DNA of 64,000 nucleotides. It comes from Haliotis rufescens. Lineage: Eukaryota. The DNA is taken from contig NW_025964372.1 of NCBI RefSeq assembly GCF_023055435.1, positions 5,332,001 through 5,396,000 of the forward strand. The letters are read 5' to 3'. The notes below the pieces were generated by a model. It ran no database searches and was not told the DNA's origin. It was given only the letters and a program-made list of their open reading frames with translations. A program made the position numbers and the translations under genes. Below, piece after piece: positions 25,181 through 36,500 of the stretch. Every line of letters begins with the position of its first letter. Within the stretch, counting starts at the first letter, position 1.

Positions 25181-25379
25181 CACTGTTACTAGAGTAACTG
25201 TCTTGGGCTTCCTGCTACATGTACATGATCAGTGTAAGCCAGGCTGTATACAACATACCAACCATATATATCACCACATCATTCACTCTCAATCATCATC
25301 AATCATCTCAAAACATAACAAGGCAAAAAGTGAGCAGGGTTCACTTTGACTCCAACATATTTCTATGTAAAAAGAGCAA

Positions 25380-26095
25380 TATTTTCTCAGAAAATCCACC
25401 TATCGAAATCAAACTTTTTCACTGCACCTCTCCTATTGGCATAGAAACTGTACACCCAATTGGAAAAAAATCTATTAAGTAGATTTCAAGTTAAAGGTCG
25501 GATAAATGTTGAAGTAAATAAAATTCTACGTTCAAAACATGACAAAAATCATGTTGTTTTTAGGAAAAAGACATATCACAAAGAAGCTTAGCACTTCTCC
25601 TATTAGTATAGAGTGAGTGAGTATGGTTTTACGCCGCTTTTAGCAATATTCCAGCAATATCACGGCGGGGGACACCAGAAATGGGCTTCACACATTGTGC
25701 CCATGTCGGGAATCGAACCCGGGTCTTCGGCGTGACGAGCGAACGCTTTAACCACTAGGCTACCCGACCGCCCCCTATTAGTATAGAAAGTGTTCCTTAA
25801 ATTTGAAAAGAACCTATAGAGAAATACTCAAGTTATAGGTTGCACAGATGTTTAAATAAAAAGATTCTAAGTAAAAAAAGAAAGAAAAATAGCTATTTTT
25901 TTTCTGAAAATCCAAATGTTGAAATCAAACTTCTCTGCACCTCTTGTGTTGTTATAAAAAGTGTTCACCAAGTTTGAAAAGAATCTATGCAGTAGTTTTC
26001 AAGTTGTAGGTCTCACACAAAATATGCCTTCAGAAGGACGAATGGAATTCCTTGGTATAACTATATACCCCCGTCCTTTTAGTTTGGGGGTATAA
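25380..26095 (+). mobile_element. Probable Helentron-associated (HINE/DINE-1-like) non-autonomous element
   Basis: Internal diverged repeats (AATTTGAAAAGAATCTA..TTTCAAGTT) and a terminal stem-loop TATACCCCC...GGGGGTATA; left boundary uncertain. Confidence 0.45.
25613..25774 (-). mobile_element. Family B tRNA-derived SINE, young
   Basis: A box TAGCCTAGTGG, B box GTTCGATTCC, (ACTC)n tail, TSD CTATTAGTATAGA. Confidence 0.95.
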
Positions 26096-26156
26096 TGGAA
26101 CTTGATATTCAGAGGCCTGAGAAGAATTCTGAGCACTTTTCGGCGAAAGCCTTGAG

Positions 26157-27000
26157 GAACCCCCATATATGGTCTCCTTTAAGGTGGGACTCCCATATAT
26201 GGTCTCCTTTAAGGTGGGACTCCAATATATGGTCTCCTTTAAGGTGGGACCCCCATATATGCTCTCCTTCAAGGTGGGACTCCCATATATAGTCTCCTTT
26301 AAGGTGGGACTCCCATATATGGTCTCCTTTAAGGTGGGACCCCCATATATATGGTCTCCTTTAAGGTGGGACCCCCATATATGGTCTCCTTTAAGGTGGG
26401 ACTCCCATATATGGTCTCCTTTAATGTGGGACCTCCATATATGGTCTCCTTTAAGGTGGAACACCCATATATGGTCTCCTTTAAGGTGGGACCTCTATAT
26501 ATGGTCTCCTTTAAGGTGGGACTCCCATATATGGTCTCCTTTAATGTGGGACCTCCATATATGGTCTTCTTTAAGGTGGGACTCCCATATATGGTTTTCT
26601 TTAAGGTGGGACCGCCATATATGGTCTTCTTTAAGGTGGGACCGCCATATATGGTCTTCATTAAGGTGGGACTGCCATATATGGTCTTCATTAAGGTGGG
26701 ACCTCCATATATGGTCTTCTTTAAGGTGGGGGCCTCCATATATGGTCTTCTTTAAGGTGGTATTCCCATATATGGTCTCCTTTAATGTGGGACTTTCATA
26801 TATGGTCTTCTTTCAGGTGGGGGCCTCCATATATGGTCTTCTTTAAGGTGGTACTCCCATATATGGTCTTCTTTAATGTGGTATTCCCATATATGGTCTC
26901 CTTTAATGTGGGACTTTCATATATGGTCTTCTTTAAGGTGGTACTCCCATATATGGTCTTCATTAAGGTGGGGGCCTCCATATATGGTCTTCTTTAAGGT
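26157..27000. repeat. 30-bp minisatellite (~28 units)
   Basis: Unit CCCATATATGGTCTYCTTTAAGGTGGGACT with a left-to-right variant gradient. Confidence 0.96.
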
Positions 27001-28226
27001 AGGCTGACTGGACTGGCGGATTCGCTCAGCAGAAACAATACTTGTGTGCACAAGAAGCTCTACCTGACAGAGGCACCAATTTCTTTACAGAAATATCAAT
27101 GAATGGTTGACTACCAGACCAAAACTTGACATAGCATATTGATGAGATCCCATTTCACATTTTTCATATCAACAGGTTACAGTTACAGGAACAGATAAAA
27201 AGAAAGGGAGCAGATCTCTTGGGGATATGCAGGCTGTACTGGTTGATTAATAGAGCATGAGAAAGATTTTCGTCAATAGGGCTAATTATGTCTCTCTTGG
27301 GAGTTATCTCCTTTGCAAAGTTTGCCACCTCTTAAAAAAATTACCAGTCTCCCCTACTTTTAGTCAGTCGTAACTTTCCCCCACCAAACAAACATGTGAA
27401 AATTACCTGTTTCTAATTCTTTCAACATCATATTCTCTGAAGGAACTTAGATAGGTCTACATGTCATTCACACAAAGTTCAGTCACAATTTTCTTTTTTT
27501 TTAATATTTCGATACTAGGTGGCTACAAATAGATGTATATATTAAACCTCAAAGCAAAGCGAAATGTTATTTCTTGCACTAAAAGTAGACAAGGGGAAAC
27601 CCTGATGGTAACCGACAAGCTGACTTCATTTGAAAAATATACTTACATGAATATTGCCGATGTTTTGTTCAACAACAAAGATTGATATAAGGCAGTGTTA
27701 GAAATTGGCACAAGTTCCGTAGTCCTTGCCAAAGTGCCCAATAGTTAAGGTATCATAAGGACTAGTCAAAATTTGCCATTTTACAGTTTGTGCTATATGT
27801 ATCATTATGTGTGAGTAGGTTGGGTTTATCGCCGCTTTTAACAGTATTCCAGTTTTATCATGGGTGTCAGCTTAATGTGGGAGGAAGTGATTCAGGTCTC
27901 AGATGTTTAGACTTTGGTGAAACCCACAAGCACAGGCTATTATTATAAGGACTAGTGGAAGAAATATGTTAGTTTCTACCGCTGTAAGGTACTTTATTTG
28001 CCTGTCCACCGGGACAGGAATTACCAGTCCAAGCCTAATTTGACCTAACTTGTAATTACCGGTAAACGGATCACTTGTAATTGTGGAACTCTTTCTCTGT
28101 GTTTCAAGCCAACTGTTTCAGGCATTTGTCAAGGTTTCTACTTTGCAATAAGATCAGAAACGTGCTTACAATATGTACATACTGATATTAATATCCTTTC
28201 CTTATGCTTCAGTAAAACAGACTTAC

Positions 28227-30413
28227 ATTCATACCAAGTGCCTGTTTCCTAACAGCAACTCTTGTCCTGTAGTGATATTCATACCAAGACATACATACAA
28301 GTGCCTGTTTCCTGACAACTCTTGTCCTGTAACGATATTCATACCAAGACATACATACAAGTGCCTGTTTCCTGACAACTCTTGTCCTGTAGCGATATTC
28401 ATACCAAGACATACATACAAGTGCCTGTTTCCTGACAACAACTCTTGTCCTGTAGAGATATTCATACCAAGACATACATACAAGTGCCTGTTTCCTGACA
28501 ACTCTTGTCCTGTAGCGATATTCATACCAAGACATACATACAAGTGCCTGTTTCCTGACAACAACTCTTGTCCTGTAGAGATATTCATACCAAGACATAC
28601 ATACAAGTGCCTGTTTCCTGACAACTCTTGTCCTGTAGCGATATTCATACCAAGACATACACACAAGTGCCTGTTTCCTGACAACAACTCCTGTCCTGTA
28701 GAGATATTCATACCAAGACCTACATACAAGTGCCTGTTTCCTGACGACTCTTGTCCTGTAGCGACATTCATACCAAGACATACACACAAGTGCCTGTTTC
28801 CTGACAACTCTTGTCCTGTAGCGACATTCATACCAAGACATACATACAAGTGCCTGTTTCCTGACAACTCTTGTCCTGTAGCGATATTCATACCAAGACA
28901 TACACACAAGTGCCTGTTTCCTGACAACAACTCCTGTCCTGTAGAGATATTCATACCAAGACCTACATACAAGTGCCTGTTTCCTGACGACTCTTGTCCT
29001 GTAGCGACATTCATACCAAGACATACATACAAGTGCCTGTTTCCTGACAACAACTCTTGTCCTGTAGCGACATTCATACCAAGACATACATACAAGTGCC
29101 TGTTTCCTGACAAAAACTGTTGTCCTGTAGCGATATTCATACCAAGACATACATACAAGTGCCTGTTTCCTAACAACTCTTGTCCTGTAGCGATATTCAT
29201 ACCAAGACATACATACAAGTGCCTGTTTCCTGACAACAACTCTTGTCCTGTAGCGATATTCATACCAAGACATACACACAAGTGCCTGTTTCCTGACAAC
29301 AACTCTTGTCCTGTAGCGACATTCATACCAAGACATACATACAAGTGCCTGTTTCCTAACAACTCTTGTCCTGTAGCGATATTCATACCAAGACATACAT
29401 ACAAGTGCCTGTTTCCTGACAAAAACTGTTGTCCTGTAGCGATATTCATACCAAGACATACATACAAGTGCCTGTTTCCTAACAACTCTTGTCCTGTAGC
29501 GATATTCATACCAAGACATACATACAAGTGCCTGTTTCCTGACAACAACTCTTGTCCTGTAGCGATATTCATACCAAGACATACATACAAGTGCCTGTTT
29601 CCTGACGACTCTTGTCCTGTAGCGACATTCATACCAAGACATACATACAAGTGCCTGTTTCCTGACGACTCTTGTCCTGTAGAGATATTCATACCAAGAC
29701 ATACATACAAGTGCCTGTTTCCTGACAACAACTCTTGTCCTGTAGCGACATTCATACCAAGACATACACACAAGTGCCTGTTTCCTGACAACAACTCTTG
29801 TCCTGTAGCGATATTCATACCAAGACATACATACAAGTGCCTGTTTCCTGACAACTCTTGTCCTGTAGCGACATTCATACCAAGACATACATACAAGTGC
29901 CTGTTTCCTGACGACTCTTGTCCTGTAGCGACATTCATACCAAGACATACATACAAGTGCCTGTTTCCTGACAACAACTCTTGTCCTGTAGCGATATTCA
30001 TACCAAGACCTACATACAAGTGCCTGTTTCCTGACAACAACTCTTGTCCTGTAGCGATATTCATACCAAGACCTACATACAAGTGCCTGTTTCCTGACAA
30101 CAACTCTTGTCCTGTAGCGATATTCATACCAAGACATACATACAAGTGCCTGTTTCCTGACAACAACTCTTGTCCTGTAGCGACATTCATACCAAGACAT
30201 ACACACAAGTGCCTGTTTCCTGACAACAACTCTTGTCCTGTAGCGATATTCATACCAAGACATACACACAAGTGCCTGTTTCCTGACAACAACTCTTGTC
30301 CTGTAGCGACATTCATACCAAGACATACATACAAGTGCCTGTTTCCTGACAACAACTCTTGTCCTGTAGCGACATTCATACCAAGACATACATACAAGTG
30401 CCTGTTTCCTAAC
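28227..30413. repeat. 60/63-bp minisatellite (~35 units)
   Basis: Unit ATTCATACCAAGACATACATACAAGTGCCTGTTTCCTGAC(AAC)1-2TCTTGTCCTGTAGCGAT; highly homogeneous. Confidence 0.97.
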
Positions 30414-30486
30414 CCTTCGTCACACAGACTATTAACTATGAATTTCACGTCATATATTTCAATAGCAGTTCCCAAGCAGTACACAC

Positions 30487-30492
30487 TTTATT
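30487..30492 (-). terminator. Candidate polyadenylation signal AATAAA for the C6orf136-like gene
   Basis: TTTATT on +, about 24 nt past the stop codon. Confidence 0.5.
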
Positions 30493-30515
30493 CTATGGTT
30501 ATGTATACAGGCAAA

Positions 30516-33500
30516 CTACTTGGGTGCAAACGATGTCCTCTTCAGGAAGAGTGAGCTGAAGTCGTTGAGGCTGGGTTTAGGGGCGAGTCCCAGCATGATG
30601 GAGAGTCGGGCTGCCAGGCTGGCTGGCTTGGCCATCTGCAGCTCCTCGTCCTTCATAACCTGGGACAAGAAAACATCAATAACCATCAGGTTAAGGTGAA
30701 ATGGGGTTTAACGTCGCATACAAGATTATTGCACTTATGTAGGTGAGATGAAATGGGGTTTAACGTCGCATCCAAGATTATTGCACTTATGTAGGTGAGA
30801 TGATATGGGGTTTAACGACGCGTCCAAGATTATTGCACTTATGTAGGTGAGGTGAAATGGGGTTTAACGTCACGTCCTAAATTATTGCACTTCTGTAGGT
30901 GAGATGATATGGGGTTTAACATCATGTCCTAGATTTTTGCACTTCTGTAGGTGAGATGATATGGGGTTTAACGTCACGTCCTAGATTATTGCAGTTCTGT
31001 AGGTGAGATGATATGGGGTTTAACGTCACGTCCTAGATTANNNNNNNNNNNNNNNNNNNNNNNNNNNNNNNNNNNNNNNNNNNNNNNNNNNNNNNNNNNN
31101 NNNNNNNNNNNNNNNNNNNNNNNNNNNNNNNNNNNNNNNNNNNNNNNNNNNNNNNNNNNNNNNNNNNNNNNNNNNNNNNNNNNNNNNNNNNNNNNNNNNN
31201 NNNNNNNNNNNNNNNNNNNNNNNNNNNNNNNNNNNNNCACTGAGATACCATGCATCAGTTTAACATGAATGCCCACTCACACACAGTATACTGACTCCAA
31301 GCTGATCAGTCCATGTTTTAGCCCCTATTGCCGAGGCCAGGCAGGGTAACAACAAATACCATGTTATAACGCCTATTGGAATGATGCGGCTAGGTATCGA
31401 ACCCCGGACCTTCCGCTCTCCAGGCAAACGCTCTACCTCTAGACCACGGAGGCATGACAAGATCATACAAACAATAGTGCCACAGCACTGTAGCTCCAAT
31501 GGCTATGTAGTCAACAGTTTGAAATGTCAAACAAAGACAGCCACTAAACAAAAGTTGTTGTGAGCACTGATATTCAAAGATTTTCAGCATTTACACTGAA
31601 AGGGAAATTCTAACACTAAAATCACTCATGATCCAAGTGGAAGGGCAAAATTTCATATATTGTAAAAAAACAAACAAAAACCTGTTGAGACCTTCCAACT
31701 ACACAAAACAACTACTGAAAAAAATGGATTGGGTAATAACCATAAGAGGTTTCAGGTTTCACAAGAGTTGAAATGTTTACATTCTTATCAAAAAAGCTAC
31801 CTGGCGGCCACATTGAAATTCCAGTTTTGATGCCCTGAACAAATTTGAACCCCCTCATAAAAACAAATGTGAGTGAGTTGGGTCATAACATTGCCCTTAA
31901 CAGTATTCTAGTTACATCACAGTATGTCAGCTTGATGTGGGAGTATTCCAGTTACATCACAGTATGTCAGCTTGATGTGGGAGTATTCCAGTTACATCAC
32001 AGTATGTCAGCTTGATGTGGGAGTATTCCAGTTACATCACAGTATGTCAGCTTGATGTGGGAGTATTCCAGTTACATCACAGTATGTCAGCTTGATGTGG
32101 GAGTATTCCAGTTACATCACAGTATGTCAGCTTGATGTGGGAGTATTCCAGTTACATCACAGTATGTCAGCTTGATGTGGGAGTATTCCAGTTACATCAC
32201 AGTATGTCAGCTTGATGTGGGAGTATTCCAGTTACATCACAGTATGTCAGCTTGATGTGGGAGTATTCCAGTTACATCACAGTATGTCAGCTTGATGTGG
32301 GAGTATTCCAGTTACATCACAGTATGTCAGCTTGATGTGAGAGGAAAGCCCAAAGTGATGCAGGTCTCAGACGTTTACCACTTTGTTAAAAGCCACGAAC
32401 ACAAGTATGGTGCTGACCAACCTAGAAACATAATCGGGGCGAACCGGGATTCGAACCCATGATCACAGGTTTCTGGCATGCCCAAGGGATGCAACTCTGC
32501 ACAGCAAATTCCAGCACTTTAGATGACTGGGCTACCCATGTCTCCCTGCTTGAGTGAGTGAGTGAATGATGCTCAACACTGCAGTAGCAGTCAGTTATCA
32601 AGCCTGAACCACTGTGAAACAATCACCATGCTTCTCGTAAGAGTTAACTAACAGGATTGGGTGGTCAGAGTCGCTGGCTTGGTTGATGCATATTATCGTA
32701 TCCTAATTGCGTGGATTGATGCTCATGATATCAATCACTTGATAATCTGGTACAGGCTCGATTATTTACAGACCGACATCATATAGATGGAATATTGCAA
32801 ACAAACAAACAAACAACAACAAAAACACAATGATAATTTGTATTCCTAATATTTGATATATACTATTCAAATGAAGTTAAAGAACACCAGATTCTTTCAT
32901 ATCACTATAGTTAAACCCGTCATGCCATACCTTTAACTTCTTTTGAGTAGTATACCGTATTCGACGTAAAAAGCTCCCAGGGGGCATTCAAAATTAGAAA
33001 TAGGGGGCTCTTATTAGAATAATATTTTGCTGAAAAAAACCAAGAGTTGAAAGATATATTTCGTGATTTATGCTGACAGCCTGAAATGTTGACATACAAC
33101 AGATATATTTTTCCAGAATTTAAATGCCCATAATGAAGGGTGCATATAACACATGAAAGCGTATTATACGCGAATAAATAAGTCTTTTGTACATTGTCCA
33201 ATCGGAAGGGTTGCTATTTGGGATTGTTCACTAGCCAATATATTAGCAAATATCGCCGGGGGCGCTTATCAGAGCGGGGCGCTTATTACGTCGAACATGA
33301 TATATGAAGATATTTATCTGGGGTCCGTTCCCCAAAGCTATCAAAGTGCTGAGGTGATCGCAACTTAAACACTGACTTATGACTGTCTTTGTGGAACAGG
33401 GCCCTGTATATATTTCACAGTCGACATTAATACAGGTCCTTCCAATGGAGCCTCCCTCTCTCCATCTACTCACCCGGTCGACCCGGTGTTTATGGACAAA

Positions 33501-36500
33501 GCCATCAGAGCCAACAGTGAATATGGAAAACCCATCGTGCCATCTGCAACCACAGAAACAACACTTGAGAACATCATCGATGAATATGAAATACAGCGTT
33601 CAAAAATAGTAACTCGAATCATGAGGCTGAAAATAAGCGTTGTCCAGAGATCCTTGATATTCTCTTCATAAGATTCCCCAAATTAAAGGTCTTCACCTTT
33701 TCAAGGACTCATTGAAGCAGCAGCTACCCTCACTGGTCCACTTACTCTGAATTAGCATCTCGGTTTTTCCGATAGTTCCACGGCATGAACTTCCAGATGA
33801 GAAGCGTCTTGAGCTGTGGCAGACCGCTGATCCGCCATCGGATGCGGACTGTCCCGTCGTCGGGGTGATGAGTGATCTTCAGCACATTGAACTGAGCGTG
33901 GGCGTACATGAAGTGTGTCAGGATGCGGATCTTCGTCACCTGGGTCACGTAGGCTGTTATTCCCCTGAAGAAATGCAAATAAGAACATTTCCATTCACTG
34001 AGAATGATTTACATTTCAAACCACACAACAACAACTCATTCTTATACAAGGGCAAAGGTGAGCATGGCTCACTAATACCCCCGACCCGCCTAGTGTGTCA
34101 GTAGTTTCAAATTAAATAATGGATAGGGTAAGGGTTTGAAAAATTAATAAAAAAATTAAAAATTAAAAAAAATATTTTTATTTTGACTGCACCCCTCCAT
34201 ATTACACAGATTATATGTACTAAGTTTGAGATGAATCCACTGAATAGTTTAAGAGAAATCGTGGGGACAAAGTTTTCGAACGGACAGACGGAAGGAACCT
34301 TGGTATAACTACACTGATGGAATAAAATAAAGGATCGCATAAATGATGCAGACATAAGATTTTAATACAACACTTGATCAAATGAAAGCTACATGGTAAA
34401 TAATGACTTAATCTCAGTTCTTCAGTATGATGTGTGGCCACCACGAGCTCTCACAACAGCCTGACAACGTCTTGGCATACTCCGAATTAATGCCCGGATT
34501 GTAGCCCTTGAAACATTATGCCATTCTTGTCTTAAACAGTCAAACATCTCATCCAGATTACAAGGTTGATTAATGCGATCTCGCACCCGACGACCAAGAA
34601 CGTCCCATAAATGTTCTATCGGGTTAACGTCTGGACTTTTAGCCGGCCATGGAAGCACAGCGACCTGGTTCTGCCTAAAAAAATCGGCTGAAACACGAGC
34701 AGTATGTGGCCTTGCATTGTCCTGCTGAATCTCGAACAACCGTCCAACCCTGTTAGCGAACGGAAGCACCACTGGGCGTAAGACTTCATCACGGGAACGA
34801 ACACCAGTTAGACGACCATCCACACGAATCAAATCTGTTTGGTTGTCGTAGGTGATTCCACCCCAGACCATCACTGATCCACCTCCGTATCTATCATGCT
34901 GTTTGACAGTGCATGCTTGGTATCGTTCATTACGTCGTCTCCAAACACATATCCGACCATCTGCATTGTCCATATTGAAACGAGACTCATCGCTGAACAT
35001 TGGTGTATCGCCAACGACGCAACTGTCTGGCTCCATGCTGCCTTGCCCACTGTAACCTTCGCCGTTTGTGTTCTTGAGTCATCTTGATTCCTACCACGGG
35101 ACGGCGACTTTGTAGACCCGCTGAACGCAGCCTGTTACGTACTGTGAAATCACTAAACCGTAGATGTGTGACAGCTCTGAACTCGGCATTCACTTTTGGA
35201 ACAGGTTTAAAGCGATCCCTCAAACAAATCAGCCGAATCTGACAATCTTGATGAGCTGTAGTTTTCTTTGGTCGCCCACACCCACGCCCACGTCCCATCG
35301 CCGGTCTGCCTGTAGAGGTTCCACAGTCATGAGAGGACACTGATGGACTTCTGAAAGTGTCTTGCAACTTCTCGCAGTGACTGGCCTGACCTCGCCATCC
35401 TGAATGCCTGCCATTTCTCCTTCAAACACATGTACTGTCTTGGCATGTTTCACGCAGTTGATGTCAATGAGATCGGTCTTACAGTAGAAGACTTTATACC
35501 CCATTGTGCCATGAAAAACTACTGAAACACGTGCACTGCATGTCTTCCTACAGGTGATGGCCTGCGTTTTGGAGATGTTGACCATGTACTTCCGAAAAAC
35601 GGCGACAAAAAAATAACAACATTCGGACTCATTGACCAAACACTTTATGCGATCCCTTATTTATTTCCATCAGTATATATAAACTAATAAACCATCGATA
35701 TGAATAATGAGCATGGTGTTGCACCGCTTTTGTTTTAGAAATATTCCTGGTGGGGAGCCCCAGAAGCAAGCTTCAGGCATTGTACCCATGTGATTTGAAA
35801 AACTCTTTGGCATGACGAGTGACCGATTTAACCAGCAGGCTACCCCACAGCCCCATTGGTGGATGCAAAGTATTCTTAAAATATACAAAAATTACTTTAA
35901 ATTCTCACCAAGTCCCTGAATTATGACATATAAATACAGAAAACAGGACATTTTTGTAGCAAAGCAGATTTCCTAAACACAGAGTAGACTGTTTATGAGA
36001 ACGTAGTAATATTTCCCCGCAAAGCTAATCATAAACTCCCCAAATAGAAGAACTCAAATTCTTCTGTTCACAATAAATCTTTCTGACAGGCTCCACATTT
36101 CCAAACATGATCGTAGCGCCACCAGTGGTGATTACCAGTTATGTTCCTTCTAAGCCTCTCCTATGGACGAATCAGATTCCACCTCTCGTATCACTTGCGT
36201 TTGCTTCACACAAAATGGTGGCGCCGAGTCAGGACGATCTGATCAATGATCAAGATCTATATTGTGATAAAAGGGGTCTTACATCGGGAAATGCATCAAA
36301 TCACGTGAGTACCTTGATTAAAAACATGAAAAGTTTTGGAAAATATCTGCTGACAACGAGATGGCGGTGTACATGCTTTGCAAATCCTGCAATCAACCGA
36401 AATCTGCAAGACAGTTTACGAACCAGATTTCGATTCCAGTGCGCGATTTTGATTGGACTATGCAAAGACTCGTTAGTCCAGCCAAAATGTAACTCCATAA

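Noticed and set aside
25700-25774. tRNA genes at SINE heads (also 42.7, 51.6 and 53.5 kb)
   Set aside because: They run on into SINE bodies and tails, several with TSDs; not functional tRNA genes.
26030-26997. Repetitive ORFs (GPTLKETIY, SFKVGPPY)
   Set aside because: Products of the 30-bp array, broken by frameshifting unit variants.
36115-36131. CTCF-like motif (C)CACTGGTGGCGCTA in a dispersed repeat (also ~38640, ~50487)
   Set aside because: One base short of the CTCF core spacing, and its recurrence is explained by the repeat.
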